NCBI GenBank assembly: GCA_047150005.1
Contig: AP038806.1
Span: 3,136,001 to 3,200,000 of the forward strand
Source: Nitrospira sp.
Lineage (GTDB): Bacteria; Nitrospirota; Nitrospiria; Nitrospirales; Nitrospiraceae
DNA length: 64,000 bases
Direction: 5' to 3'
Part shown: positions 20,701 through 30,271 of the stretch, piece by piece
How positions within the stretch are numbered: the stretch's first letter is position 1
How the letters are laid out: each line of letters starts with the position of its first letter
The notes under the pieces: model-generated
Told to the model about the DNA's origin: nothing
What the model saw: only the letters and a program-made list of their open reading frames with translations
Databases searched by the model: none
Made by a program: the position numbers and the translations under genes

Positions 20701-22359
20701 ATGCCTGAACGTCTCTGGATGTCGCATTATCCACAGGGAGTTCCGCCGCAGATTCCATTGATCCCTGAGACGCTTCTCGACGTGCTGTCCGTCAGCGCGC
20801 GTCGCTTCTCCCGCAGACCGGCGCTCTATTTTTTCGGCAAGACGATCTCCTACCACGACTGTGAGGCGCTCGTGGAGAAGTTTGCCTGCGGCCTTGCGGC
20901 GTTGGGGCTGCGCAAGGGAGACCGCGTGGCATTGTGTCTGCCCAACTGCCCGCAGGCCGTCATCGCCTACTTCGGCATTCTCAGGGCGGGCGGGATCGTC
21001 GTGGCCTGCAATCCCACCTATACGGAGCACGAGCTGTCCCACCAGTTGGGCGATGCCGGCGCCAGGGCCATCGTCGTCCTCGACCAGATGTACCAGAAGA
21101 TCCGGCACCTCGACCTTGAGCTGGTCATCGTCACGTCCATCACGGATTTCATGACCACCATCGCGCGATATCTCTACCACCATCGAAACGGCCGTCACGC
21201 GGTCGAGATCCCGATGGGAGGGACGACGAGACTGTTTCATGACGTCCTGAACCTCACGGACGTCGAGCCTGCGCGACTGCCGGTGGTGGGGCCCGAGGAT
21301 ATCGCCGTCCTGCAGTACACGGGCGGGATCACGGGCCTCTCCAAGGGGGCGGAGCTGCGCCATCGAAATCTGACGGCCAACATCCGCCAGCTGGTCAGCT
21401 GGTTCGCGCCGGCCGAACGAGTTGAAAGCTTCCTGGCGGCGCTCCCGCTTTTCCATGTGTTCGGCATGACGGTCACGCAGAACATCTGTCTGGCGGTTGG
21501 CGGATGCATGATTCTGGTTCCCGATCCGCGCAACATGTCGGTGTTGCTCACCCTGCTCCGCAAGAAGCAGCCGACGGTGATCACGCTGGTGCCTGCATTC
21601 GTGAGGAAGCTGCTCGAACAGTGCGATGCGAACGATTTTGTCTCCACGAAGTTCGTGATTTGCGGCGGCGCGGCGCTGCCGTACGAGCTGCTGAAGAAAT
21701 TCAGGGAGCAGACAGGCCATCTGATCGTCGAAGGGTACGGGCTGTCCGAGGCGTCGCCCGTGACGCACTGCAACATCCCGCGAGGCCTGTCCGTGAAGCG
21801 GTCCATCGGCTTGCCCGTCCCCAACACCGACGCGAGAATCGTGGACGAAGCGGGCCGCGACGTGTCCGAAGGGGAGATCGGCGAGTTGTGGGTCCGCGGG
21901 CCGCAAGTGATGGAACGGTACTGGAACAATCCGGTGGAAACCGCCAACGCTGTCAAGCCCGGCGGGTGGTTGGCCACGGGGGACATGGCGAAGATCGACC
22001 AAGACGGCTTCTTCTACATCGTGGATCGCAAGAAGGACATGATCCTCTCGAATTCAGGCTTCAACGTATACCCGGCCGAGGTCGAGCGGGCGTTACAACT
22101 CCATCCTCTCGTGCAGGACGCGGCCGTCATTGGGGTGCAGGCGGGAGATGGAGGCGAATCGATCAAGGCGTTCGTGGTGCCGAAGACCGCAGCGCTGACG
22201 GCCGAAGATCTCTTGACCCATTGCCGGCATTACCTGGCGGCGTACAAAGTACCGAGGAAGATCGAGTTTCGCAGCGAACTGCCCCGGTCCATCCTGGGAA
22301 AGATGCTGCATCGGGTGCTCCGGGTGGAGGAACGGGCTCGACTGCAGCCGAACGGTTAG
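20701..22359 (+). CDS. fadD: Long-chain fatty acid-CoA ligase
   Basis: QYTGGITGLSKG P-loop, EGYGLSE, GWLATGD, IVDRKKDMI, GFNVYP. Confidence 0.9.
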   Translation: MPERLWMSHYPQGVPPQIPLIPETLLDVLSVSARRFSRRPALYFFGKTISYHDCEALVEKFACGLAALGLRKGDRVALCLPNCPQAVIAYFGILRAGGIVVACNPTYTEHELSHQLGDAGARAIVVLDQMYQKIRHLDLELVIVTSITDFMTTIARYLYHHRNGRHAVEIPMGGTTRLFHDVLNLTDVEPARLPVVGPEDIAVLQYTGGITGLSKGAELRHRNLTANIRQLVSWFAPAERVESFLAALPLFHVFGMTVTQNICLAVGGCMILVPDPRNMSVLLTLLRKKQPTVITLVPAFVRKLLEQCDANDFVSTKFVICGGAALPYELLKKFREQTGHLIVEGYGLSEASPVTHCNIPRGLSVKRSIGLPVPNTDARIVDEAGRDVSEGEIGELWVRGPQVMERYWNNPVETANAVKPGGWLATGDMAKIDQDGFFYIVDRKKDMILSNSGFNVYPAEVERALQLHPLVQDAAVIGVQAGDGGESIKAFVVPKTAALTAEDLLTHCRHYLAAYKVPRKIEFRSELPRSILGKMLHRVLRVEERARLQPNG

Positions 22360-23522
22360 TCCTGCCCGGCCGTACCGGACAGACGCCAGCGGGTTCTGAT
22401 GCAGGGGAGGTTGACGACGTGCTGCGCGAGGGCCATGGCGGCCGACAGTCCCGGGGATTCGATGCCGATCAGGTTGACGAAAGGCGGCATGTCCCTGTCG
22501 ACGGCGACGATGAAATCGGGCTTGCGGCCGGCTTCCGTCATGACCGAGGGTCTGATTCCGGAATAGGCCCAGCGAAGATCGCGCTCTTCGAGGGTGGGAA
22601 GGAACTTCTGCACCGCCGTAATGAACAGGCTCGGAGGGGTCGGGTTCGAGGCATAGTCCGCTTTGTCCTGCACGGCGACTTCATTCGGTCCGATGAACAA
22701 TCGCCCGTTCGGCCTCGGGCTGAAATGAATGCCCTTGCCAGCGGCGCCGGGAGGCAAGGCCGGATAGACCAGCCGTCCGATAAGGCCTTTCTTCTCGGCA
22801 GCGACAATCTCATAATACTCGCCGCGGAGGGGACGGATCGTGTACGAGGTCTTCCCTGAGACGAACGAGGCCACCTCGTCGGCATGGAGGCCCGCCGCAT
22901 TGATCAACCCGGCAGTTCGGATCCTCTTTCGATCGGTGGTGACCAGGTATCCGTCGCCTTCGGGATCGATGCCGACGACCCGGTGTTCGAAGGCGAACGT
23001 GACCCCCGCCGCTTCCGCATCGGCCTTGAGCGCCGACACCCAGGCGGTCGGGTCGATCACGCAGATGCTCGGAATGATGATGGCCCCGCAGGCCTGGAGA
23101 TGGGGCTCCCACGCACGCAGACCTCTCGGAGTCACGAATGAGACCGGGAGGCGGCTGCGTCGGGCGTTGACCCACAGCCTCCGCAGCATGGCGATATCCC
23201 GCCAGAGACCGCGCCGGATGTCTTCCCAGGTCACCGCGATGACCATCCCGGAACGAAGTAAGGGAATGCCGCGTTCGACGGCGTACGAGACCGCCAACCG
23301 GCTGCCGTCCCGCGCCAGCCGCCCCTTCAACGTGGCCGGATGTTCATGGATGCCGCTGTGGAGGACGCCGCTGTTGCGGGAACTGGTTTCTTCTCCCGCC
23401 CGGCGGCGCTGTTCGACGACCAGAATGCGCAGCGGATGGTTCGCGGCGCGCGCGGCGAGCTCCCGGGCCACGGCGCAGCCGACGACGCCGGCGCCGACGA
23501 TGCAGACGTCATATGCGTCCAT
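22356..23522 (-). CDS. FAD-dependent oxidoreductase, L-2-hydroxyglutarate oxidase (LhgO)/glycerol-3-phosphate dehydrogenase-like
   Basis: GAGVVG, TSSRNSGVLHSG, INAAGLHAD, RGEYY, YSGIRP, GIESPGL. Confidence 0.85.
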   Translation of the reverse strand: MDAYDVCIVGAGVVGCAVARELAARAANHPLRILVVEQRRRAGEETSSRNSGVLHSGIHEHPATLKGRLARDGSRLAVSYAVERGIPLLRSGMVIAVTWEDIRRGLWRDIAMLRRLWVNARRSRLPVSFVTPRGLRAWEPHLQACGAIIIPSICVIDPTAWVSALKADAEAAGVTFAFEHRVVGIDPEGDGYLVTTDRKRIRTAGLINAAGLHADEVASFVSGKTSYTIRPLRGEYYEIVAAEKKGLIGRLVYPALPPGAAGKGIHFSPRPNGRLFIGPNEVAVQDKADYASNPTPPSLFITAVQKFLPTLEERDLRWAYSGIRPSVMTEAGRKPDFIVAVDRDMPPFVNLIGIESPGLSAAMALAQHVVNLPCIRTRWRLSGTAGQD

Positions 23523-23662
23523 CGTCCGGCATCCCATGTTGGAGGTCGAATGGCACGCGCCGCGCACAGGCGCGATTCGGAAAGACCGGCGGACGGATGA
23601 AAACGGGCCGCCGAATTCGTGCGACCGTGAACCGCCGACGATCGTCAGGGTGGAGGACTGAC

Positions 23663-24874
23663 ATGCAGAGTCGCTTCGATAAATTCGGGAAGGTCATCTT
23701 CGTGTTCTGCGGAGGCGGCTGCAAAGCCATTATCCAGGCGGTGGCCGCCGCCGAGTTCGTCAATGCCGGCATCATGCCGAGCCACATCGTCAGTTCCTCT
23801 GCGGGAAGCTGTAACGCGCTCGGGTTCGTCGAGGATCCCGGTCCTGCCGGAGCCGAGAAGACATTGCGCATCTGGGAAGACTATATCACTTCGCCCGAGG
23901 CGATCTATGAGGTTCATCCGTTCTTTCGGGAGAAGTTGGCGCGCTTGTTGGGCGTAGTGCCCAGGGCGACGAAGGGGTTGGCCCCGGGATCCGCCTTCCA
24001 CGATGTAAAGCGGGCGATGCGGTTCTTTCCCTTGGTCGTCTCCCTGGGGCTGCGCATGCCGTTCCGGGCCGCCGGTCGAGCGGTCAGCTTCATCTTCCGC
24101 CTGATGGACACGTTCGAATCACAGCAGAAATCATTTCGTCGCCTGGTGCAATCCCCGGAGATCATGGAAGCCTTCGACGAGGTGGACAAGTACTTCGAGT
24201 TCAAGCGGATGAAGGCCTTCCTCGATCCGTTTCCCCTCCTGGCGCGACTCGGTGAGCAGATCGATCTGCAGAAAGTGATCGGCAGTCCCGTCACCTGGCA
24301 CATCATGACCGAGCGCTATGAGGACGGGGCGACGGTGGTCTTTTCCAATAGGGACGCCGATGTGGTTGCGGCGACGGGCGGGGACGCCAAGACGCAGAAA
24401 GCCGTCTACGATCTGTTCTTCAAACGCATTCGCGCGTCCATGGCCCTCTATCCCTTGTTCGAGATGGTCGAGATGGACGGCTATCGCTATCTTGACGCCG
24501 ATCTCGCCAATCCGCTCCCGGTCGAAGAAGCCTTCGGTCACGGCTGCGATACCGTCGTGATGTTTCTCAACGTGCCGGCGAACAGCGTCCGTATCGATCC
24601 GCATCCCCTGCGCGACCTGCTGGAGCTCAACGATCTCCTGCGGCTGAACGAGCGCTATATTCACCACCGTCTCAAGGAGGCTCAGATGAAGGCTAAAGAG
24701 ACGGGGGTCAACCTGTTCGTCGTTCGACCGGAATCTATTCCGCCCGGTCTTGGGCTGCTGGACATCGACGACAAGGTGATTGAATACGTGAAACAGCACG
24801 AACGACTGCGAATGAAAGACTATCTCGCCGATCTGGATGCGCACAATCTGAGGTTTTCCCCACCCATGAGTTGA
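23663..24874 (+). CDS. Patatin-like phospholipase with atypical motifs
   Basis: GGAGG RBS; GGGCKA oxyanion loop, SSSAG elbow, IRASMALYPLF, YLDAD. Confidence 0.8.
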   Translation: MQSRFDKFGKVIFVFCGGGCKAIIQAVAAAEFVNAGIMPSHIVSSSAGSCNALGFVEDPGPAGAEKTLRIWEDYITSPEAIYEVHPFFREKLARLLGVVPRATKGLAPGSAFHDVKRAMRFFPLVVSLGLRMPFRAAGRAVSFIFRLMDTFESQQKSFRRLVQSPEIMEAFDEVDKYFEFKRMKAFLDPFPLLARLGEQIDLQKVIGSPVTWHIMTERYEDGATVVFSNRDADVVAATGGDAKTQKAVYDLFFKRIRASMALYPLFEMVEMDGYRYLDADLANPLPVEEAFGHGCDTVVMFLNVPANSVRIDPHPLRDLLELNDLLRLNERYIHHRLKEAQMKAKETGVNLFVVRPESIPPGLGLLDIDDKVIEYVKQHERLRMKDYLADLDAHNLRFSPPMS

Positions 24875-25135
24875 GTTCGTGGTATCTCTCGGCGGCGAGT
24901 TGCGCCGGGTTTCGACACACGCTTTCTTTCGCACCTCGATTTGCCCACTCCAACGCCTCAGTTGATTCTTCCCGACATGAAGGGGTAGCTTTGCACTCGC
25001 ACTATTCTCGACCGGTTGGATGCCCGACTCGGCGACGGTCGAATCGACCAGAGTTCTCTTGATCTTGTGAGGCGAGTCTCTTAATCTGTCTTCGTGGGGG
25101 GAAGGGGACTCTTCCTTTAGTGCTCCAGGTGATTC

Positions 25136-25522
25136 ATGGCTTATAACCTGAAAGTCATTCCCATCAGCGAATTCCTCCGCAGTGACGTTACCGGCGTTGT
25201 GGACCTCAAGGCCAGTCGAGAATTGCTCAAAGGTTTGGTCGAGATATGCGCGAGGGAACATCTCGACCGAATCTTGATCGACGGACGGGAGGCGAGTTCT
25301 TCCGCGAGCACGGTCGATGTATGGACCTTGGCGAACGACCTGGGCTCCTTGGGGCTCAGCCGCGAGTATCGTGTCGCCGTGCTCAACCGTCCCAAGGACG
25401 ACTTCGACCGCATGGCCTTTCTGGAACTCTGCGCAACGAATCGCGGGTACCAATTGAGGGCCTTCCGCGATTTCGAGGATGCGTTTACCTGGTTAACGGC
25501 CGGCGATGGCGCCGGCGAGTAG
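25136..25522 (+). CDS. STAS/SpoIIAA-like small protein
   Basis: RILIDGR...RVAVL...LRAFRDFEDAFTWL pattern typical of STAS/SEC14-like proteins. Confidence 0.65.
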   Translation: MAYNLKVIPISEFLRSDVTGVVDLKASRELLKGLVEICAREHLDRILIDGREASSSASTVDVWTLANDLGSLGLSREYRVAVLNRPKDDFDRMAFLELCATNRGYQLRAFRDFEDAFTWLTAGDGAGE

Positions 25523-25536
25523 GTCCCGCACCGCCC

Positions 25537-26295
25537 ATGCTCCCCGTCCGGCCTCTTGTCGGCAATCGTTTAAGGCAGCTGGTGCACGTGGTCTTCACCT
25601 GCTGGATGGGACTGTGCCTGCTCACCAGTTGGGGATCTCTGCTGTTTCCCGTCTCGGTGCGAGGAGCGGATCTGACCGATCTGGAAGAAGTCGTCGATAA
25701 CGCCCGCCTGACGTTTGCCCATTTCTCCGGGAATCCGGACCTGGCATGGCTTCGCAAGAATTTGAAAGATGCGAAGGGAGTGCTGATTCTGCCGCGGCTT
25801 CTGGAGGCCGGCTATTTTGTCGGTGCCACGCTCGGCTCCGGCGTGTTGCTGCTCCATGATGAGCGGACGGGAGAATGGAGCGATCCGGCGTTCTACACGG
25901 TGACGGCGGGAAGTTTCGGATTGCAGATCGGTCTTAAGCGATCCCAGGTCGTCGCCCTGATCATGACCAAGAAGGGAATCGACTCCATGATCGGCTCGAA
26001 ATTCACACTCGGCGGGAATCTCAACCTGACTGTCGGACCGGTGGGACGGGGACTCACCGGCGGAGTGACGCCCACCATGACCGCCGATGTGGTTGCCTAC
26101 GTCAGATCCGAAGGGGCGTACGGAGGCATTTCGCTGCGCGGGTTGATCCTCTCTCCGGACGATGACTGGAATGAGCTGTATTTCGGCCGGCCGATGAACG
26201 CATCGGAGATTCTCTTGAACGCGTCGTCGGTCCGGCATTGGTATTCGGCCCGCCTGCGCGCGGCCGTGACGAGCGCGCAGATGGAAGAGCCGTGA
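25537..26295 (+). CDS. SYLF (Ysc84) lipid-binding domain protein, exported
   Basis: AKGVLILP, WSDPAF, GSFGLQIG, VAYVRSEGAYGGISLRG, NELYFG. Confidence 0.85.
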   Translation: MLPVRPLVGNRLRQLVHVVFTCWMGLCLLTSWGSLLFPVSVRGADLTDLEEVVDNARLTFAHFSGNPDLAWLRKNLKDAKGVLILPRLLEAGYFVGATLGSGVLLLHDERTGEWSDPAFYTVTAGSFGLQIGLKRSQVVALIMTKKGIDSMIGSKFTLGGNLNLTVGPVGRGLTGGVTPTMTADVVAYVRSEGAYGGISLRGLILSPDDDWNELYFGRPMNASEILLNASSVRHWYSARLRAAVTSAQMEEP

Positions 26296-27515
26296 GTGTT
26301 TATCGACGATGGCTTCTTGTTTTCTGGTTCGGCGTATGGACGACCGCTTGCTCATCCGCGCCGACGCTCTTCGGGGACACGGCTGAGTCCCCTCTGGCCT
26401 CGGCGGCTCCTCCTCCCACGCTGAAGTTCCTGACCTTCAACGCCTTGCACGGATTGGCGACGGGCCGAGTCAGCGTCGCGCTCGGTGAAACCCCCGAACA
26501 AAACAGACGAAGGTTTCAGTTGTTCATCAAGCAGCTCGAACTGGAACGACCGGACGTGGTGTTCCTGCAGGAGGTCAATCCGCTGCCCGAGAGGGCCCAG
26601 TACTATGTGGAGGCGCTGGAGGCTCTGGGGCTTCACTATCGGGTGGTGTATCAGGTTGACGCGTGCGGCGTCCGGTTCTCGGGCGACAGGGCGCTGTTTC
26701 CGGACCTCAATAACGGACTGGCCATCTTGGCCAAGGACGAGTTGGAGCTGAAGAAAATCGTAGGACTCCAACTCAGCGGTGATCTGGGCAACTGCCGGAG
26801 CAATTCGGGTTTTCAACTGGGGGAGCTGCGATACGGCCTCATCGCCGAGATCGGGTTGCCCGGCAGCAAGGGACGCTACTTACTGGCCAGCACCCATCTG
26901 CATTCCGGATTCGAAACCGGCGGACAATTCATGGAGCTGCTGTCCATCCTCCACCATGACGGGAAATTTCGAGACTATCCGTCCTTCAAATGGGCTGTTG
27001 ATCAGACTCGTCTGCGGAGGATCAGCGAGTTGAACGTCTTGATTCGCACGTTGAACAAGTTCAAACGGGAAGCAGGCTACCAGGGAATCCTGATCGCCGG
27101 AGACTTGAACTTCGAGCAAGATTTCCCCGAGTACAAGGAAGTGGAACTCCTGAGGTTTACGGACACGGCAGTCTTGGGGATGCAGCTCCAGGAGCTGTTC
27201 ACGGCCGATCCGACCCTGAATGCCTGGATCCGCCAGGATGCCGAGGCGCCCATCCCGCCGCTGCTGGTGAACGCCATCGCCTCCGAAGAGCCGGCCGTGC
27301 AGGACCAGATCATCGCCGCCTATCGGAAGGAGATGATCCGCCCCCGCCGGATTGATTATATTTTCGTGGACACAGTCTTTCCCCGCTACTGCCTGCGGCA
27401 AACGCTCTTCGGTCTGGAGACGGACGATAAAGGCTTCCCGGCATCGGATCACTACGGGATCCTGAATACCTATTCGCTCCAGACGGCCGACCAGGTCTGT
27501 GTTCCAGGATCCTGA
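26292..27515 (+). CDS. Endonuclease/exonuclease/phosphatase (EEP) family lipoprotein
   Basis: GTGA overlap with upstream stop; lipobox TTA-C; LTFN, FLQEV, THL, GDLN, RIDYIF, SDH motifs. Confidence 0.85.
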   Translation: MSVYRRWLLVFWFGVWTTACSSAPTLFGDTAESPLASAAPPPTLKFLTFNALHGLATGRVSVALGETPEQNRRRFQLFIKQLELERPDVVFLQEVNPLPERAQYYVEALEALGLHYRVVYQVDACGVRFSGDRALFPDLNNGLAILAKDELELKKIVGLQLSGDLGNCRSNSGFQLGELRYGLIAEIGLPGSKGRYLLASTHLHSGFETGGQFMELLSILHHDGKFRDYPSFKWAVDQTRLRRISELNVLIRTLNKFKREAGYQGILIAGDLNFEQDFPEYKEVELLRFTDTAVLGMQLQELFTADPTLNAWIRQDAEAPIPPLLVNAIASEEPAVQDQIIAAYRKEMIRPRRIDYIFVDTVFPRYCLRQTLFGLETDDKGFPASDHYGILNTYSLQTADQVCVPGS

Positions 27516-27540
27516 CGGCGAAGCTCGGACCTCCACTCGA

Positions 27541-27897
27541 TTATGATGCCTTTCTCGTATAGGTGATTTCGAGCACCTTCGCTTCCTTGCCGCCGTGGTG
27601 GGTTCCGTACATTTCGAACGTCTGGGTGTTGGGATCGACGATCTTCCACACGGCCCGATGCTTCATCTGCCCGCCGTCCGGCTCCATCCACTCTTTGGTA
27701 GCGGTGGTCCAGCTGCCGGCCAAGCCGGCGAACAGCTTGTGGGGTTCGCCAGGTTGAGCCATCTGTTTCCAGATCTCCATCATCTGCTGGGGATCCATCT
27801 TCTTGTCGGGCTTCTTCTCCTTGGCGATCGCAGGGGTTGTGAGGAGCAACAGAGTCAGGAGAGTCAGGCACGCAACGGGCGCAAATCGTATACGCAT
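27541..27897 (-). pseudogene. DUF1579-family exported protein with probable large in-frame internal deletion
   Basis: N-terminal PGEPHKLFAGLAGSW...WMEP joins directly to C-terminal DGGQMKHRAVWKIVD...EITYTRK; the central strands I expect in this family are absent. Confidence 0.6.
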
Positions 27898-27980
27898 AAC
27901 GGCCTCCTGCATATCGATGTGGGCAATTGGCGATGTCGGCATCGAAACATTGCCCATACCATCACGTTGCCATAACGATT

Positions 27981-28340
27981 CTAGGCGCTCACCAGTACCT
28001 TGAATCCGCCATAGGCCATGCGCTTGCAGTCGAAGGGCATGTCCTTCGGATCGCCCATGGAGTGGATACGAGGGTCTTTCATCACCTTGGCATTCACTCG
28101 GTCGCGATGGGCTCGTGACTTGTAGAGGATATAGGCCAAGACCACCGTCTCGCCGGTCTTGGCCTTAGCACTCTTGGGGAAGGGGATCCCCATCTTCGTC
28201 ATGAGATCGTCGCCGACGCATTCCTTATAGTCGAGAGCGCCGTGCTCTCGCCAGATTGTCCCGGCCTGTTGGGCGATCCGGCGGTAGCGCTGGACGTTCT
28301 TTTTCTGAATGGGAAGGAGAAATCCGTCAACATAGCCCAT
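27981..28340 (-). CDS. DUF1428 (YbaA) family protein
   Basis: YVDGFLLP, WREHGALDYKECVGDD, MPFDCKRMAYGGF. Confidence 0.9.
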   Translation of the reverse strand: MGYVDGFLLPIQKKNVQRYRRIAQQAGTIWREHGALDYKECVGDDLMTKMGIPFPKSAKAKTGETVVLAYILYKSRAHRDRVNAKVMKDPRIHSMGDPKDMPFDCKRMAYGGFKVLVSA

Positions 28341-28403
28341 GAGCACCGTCCTTTCTTACGGTCCGTCCCGTCTCGGTCAACAGTTATTCACTCGGTTGAG
28401 CGC

Positions 28404-28760
28404 CTACGCACAGCCTTCTTCCTTCAGGGGTCTGACTTCCACACTGCCGTACCGGGCGGCCGGGAAGTGGGCCGCCACGCGGATCGCGTCGTTCAAGTCC
28501 CGCACGTCAATCATCAGGAATCCGCCCAGTTGCTCCTTGGTTTCGGCGAACGGTCCGTCGGTCGTCGAGGTCCTGCCCTCGCGCACCCGCACGGTCGTGG
28601 CCGTTTCCACCGGGTGAAGGGGTGAGGCTGCAAGGAGCTGTCCCTGCTTCTGCAGTGTGCCGCAGTAGGCGATCGATTCGTCGGAGAGCGCAATTCGTTC
28701 GTGCCGTGGCATCGCGTGCAGCGTGTTTTCCTCGACATAGATCAAACAGAGATATTTCAT
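28404..28760 (-). CDS. YciI/DGPF family protein
   Basis: MKYLCLIY, TDGPFAETKEQLGGF, VEVRP. Confidence 0.92.
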   Translation of the reverse strand: MKYLCLIYVEENTLHAMPRHERIALSDESIAYCGTLQKQGQLLAASPLHPVETATTVRVREGRTSTTDGPFAETKEQLGGFLMIDVRDLNDAIRVAAHFPAARYGSVEVRPLKEEGCA

Positions 28761-28895
28761 GATCCGCTCCCCCCTCTATACATGGTCATCCGGCGCCCGG
28801 TCTGCTAGACGGCGCGCTCGTTCGGTTCGAGGTGTCGTGGCGGCCTGTCCGGTCCAACGCTTCCGGCGGCGGTCTGTCGCTTCCCGTATCACCTA

Positions 28896-28921
28896 GTCGT
28901 CGAGTCGGGCGAAAATCGACA
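28896..28921 (-). promoter_or_regulatory. ECF42-type promoter
   Basis: Minus strand TGTCGA-16 nt-CGAC, matching the ECF42 consensus as I recall it, upstream of the DGPF gene. Confidence 0.7.
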
Positions 28922-29002
28922 TCACGTTCTCGACGATGGACTCGGTTAGGAAAGGGTCATGGTAAGCGCTGAATATTTCAGGGAGATCGTCAGATTCTTC
29001 GC

Positions 29003-30271
29003 TCAGTCCCGTAGCTCGGTCAGCCGTCGTTCGAGAAACCGTCGCTCCGGCTCCTGTTGGGTGAGGCTCAGGGCGCGCTGGTATGACGCGCGAGCTTCCT
29101 GCGTTCGTCCCAGGCGGCGGCACAGGTCTGCCCGCGCCGCGTGAGCCAAATAGTACGTGGTCAGATCTCCGCTCTCGAAGATCACGTCGATGAGTTTGAG
29201 GCCGGCCGAGGGACCGTCACGCATCGCGACGGCAACGGCGCGGTTGAGATCGACGACCGGCGAGGGTTCAGCCTGTGCCAGGAGCGTATAGAGCCGGACG
29301 ATGTGGTCCCAGTCAGTGGCGGCGGCGTTCGAGGCCTGCGCATGGATCGCCGCGATCGCCGCCTGGATGGTATAGAGACCGATCTGTCCATGGGAGAAGG
29401 CCCGTTGTACGAGAGAGAGCCCCTCTGTAATCTGTTCGCGGTTCCACAACGATCGATCTTGGTCTTCCAATAGAATCAACTCGCCGGTCGGCGAGGTCCG
29501 CGCAGCACGCCGCGAGTCCTGCAACAACATGAGTCCCAAGAGCCCCATCGCCTCCGGCTGTGGGAGCAGCGCAACCAGCAGCCGCGCAAGACGGATGGCT
29601 TCTCCCGAGAGGTCGTGACGTGTCACCATCCCACCGGAGGAAGCGGAATATCCTTCATTGAAGACAAGATAGAGCACCCGGAGGACCGCGTCCAATCGAC
29701 CGGGCAATTCAAGCTCGGTCGGCACGACGTAGGGGATGCGCGCGTCTCTAATCTTTGCCTTGGCCCGGACGATCCGTTGCGCGATCGTCGCCGGCTTCGT
29801 CAGGAACGCGCGGGCGATCTCCTCGGTCGTCAGGCCGCAGACTTCGCGAAGCGTCATGGCCACCTGCGCCTCGGGCGATAGGGCGGGATGGCAACAGGTG
29901 AAGATCAGTCGCAACCGGTCGTCGTCGATCTGTTCGTCGTCCCACTCCTCCGGATCGCCGGTGCGGGACTCCAATTCCTTGGTCAGTTCGACCAGTGAGG
30001 CGTCGAAGCGGGCGCGCCGCCGCATGACGTCGATCGCTTTGAACCGGGCGGTCGAGACCAGCCATGCTCGAGCGTTGTCCGGCACGCCGTCTCGGGGCCA
30101 TTGTTCCATGGCGGCAGCGAAGGCCTCGTGGAGTCCCTCCTCTGCGAGATCGAAATCGTTGAGGAGGCGAATCAAGGTCGCCAGGACCTGCTGGAAGTCC
30201 GATCGGTAGATCTCCTCGACGCGGGATCTGGCACTGGCTTCGGCATCGTGGTTCATCGGCGCACCGGACAT
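29003..30271 (-). CDS. ECF sigma factor, ECF42 group (C-terminal TPR-like extension)
   Basis: DFDLAEE, WPRDGVP, IDDDRLRLIFTCCHPAL, YLVFNEGY, EDQDRSLW; linked to a DGPF gene. Confidence 0.92.
   Translation of the reverse strand: MSGAPMNHDAEASARSRVEEIYRSDFQQVLATLIRLLNDFDLAEEGLHEAFAAAMEQWPRDGVPDNARAWLVSTARFKAIDVMRRRARFDASLVELTKELESRTGDPEEWDDEQIDDDRLRLIFTCCHPALSPEAQVAMTLREVCGLTTEEIARAFLTKPATIAQRIVRAKAKIRDARIPYVVPTELELPGRLDAVLRVLYLVFNEGYSASSGGMVTRHDLSGEAIRLARLLVALLPQPEAMGLLGLMLLQDSRRAARTSPTGELILLEDQDRSLWNREQITEGLSLVQRAFSHGQIGLYTIQAAIAAIHAQASNAAATDWDHIVRLYTLLAQAEPSPVVDLNRAVAVAMRDGPSAGLKLIDVIFESGDLTTYYLAHAARADLCRRLGRTQEARASYQRALSLTQQEPERRFLERRLTELRD

Noticed and set aside
21313..21348. FadD P-loop YTGGITG instead of YTGGTTG
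   Set aside because: A single substitution with all other adenylation motifs intact; not enough to infer altered function.
25008..25042. Imperfect hairpin in the patatin-STAS intergenic region
   Set aside because: Short, bulged, no U-tract and no recognisable RNA family.
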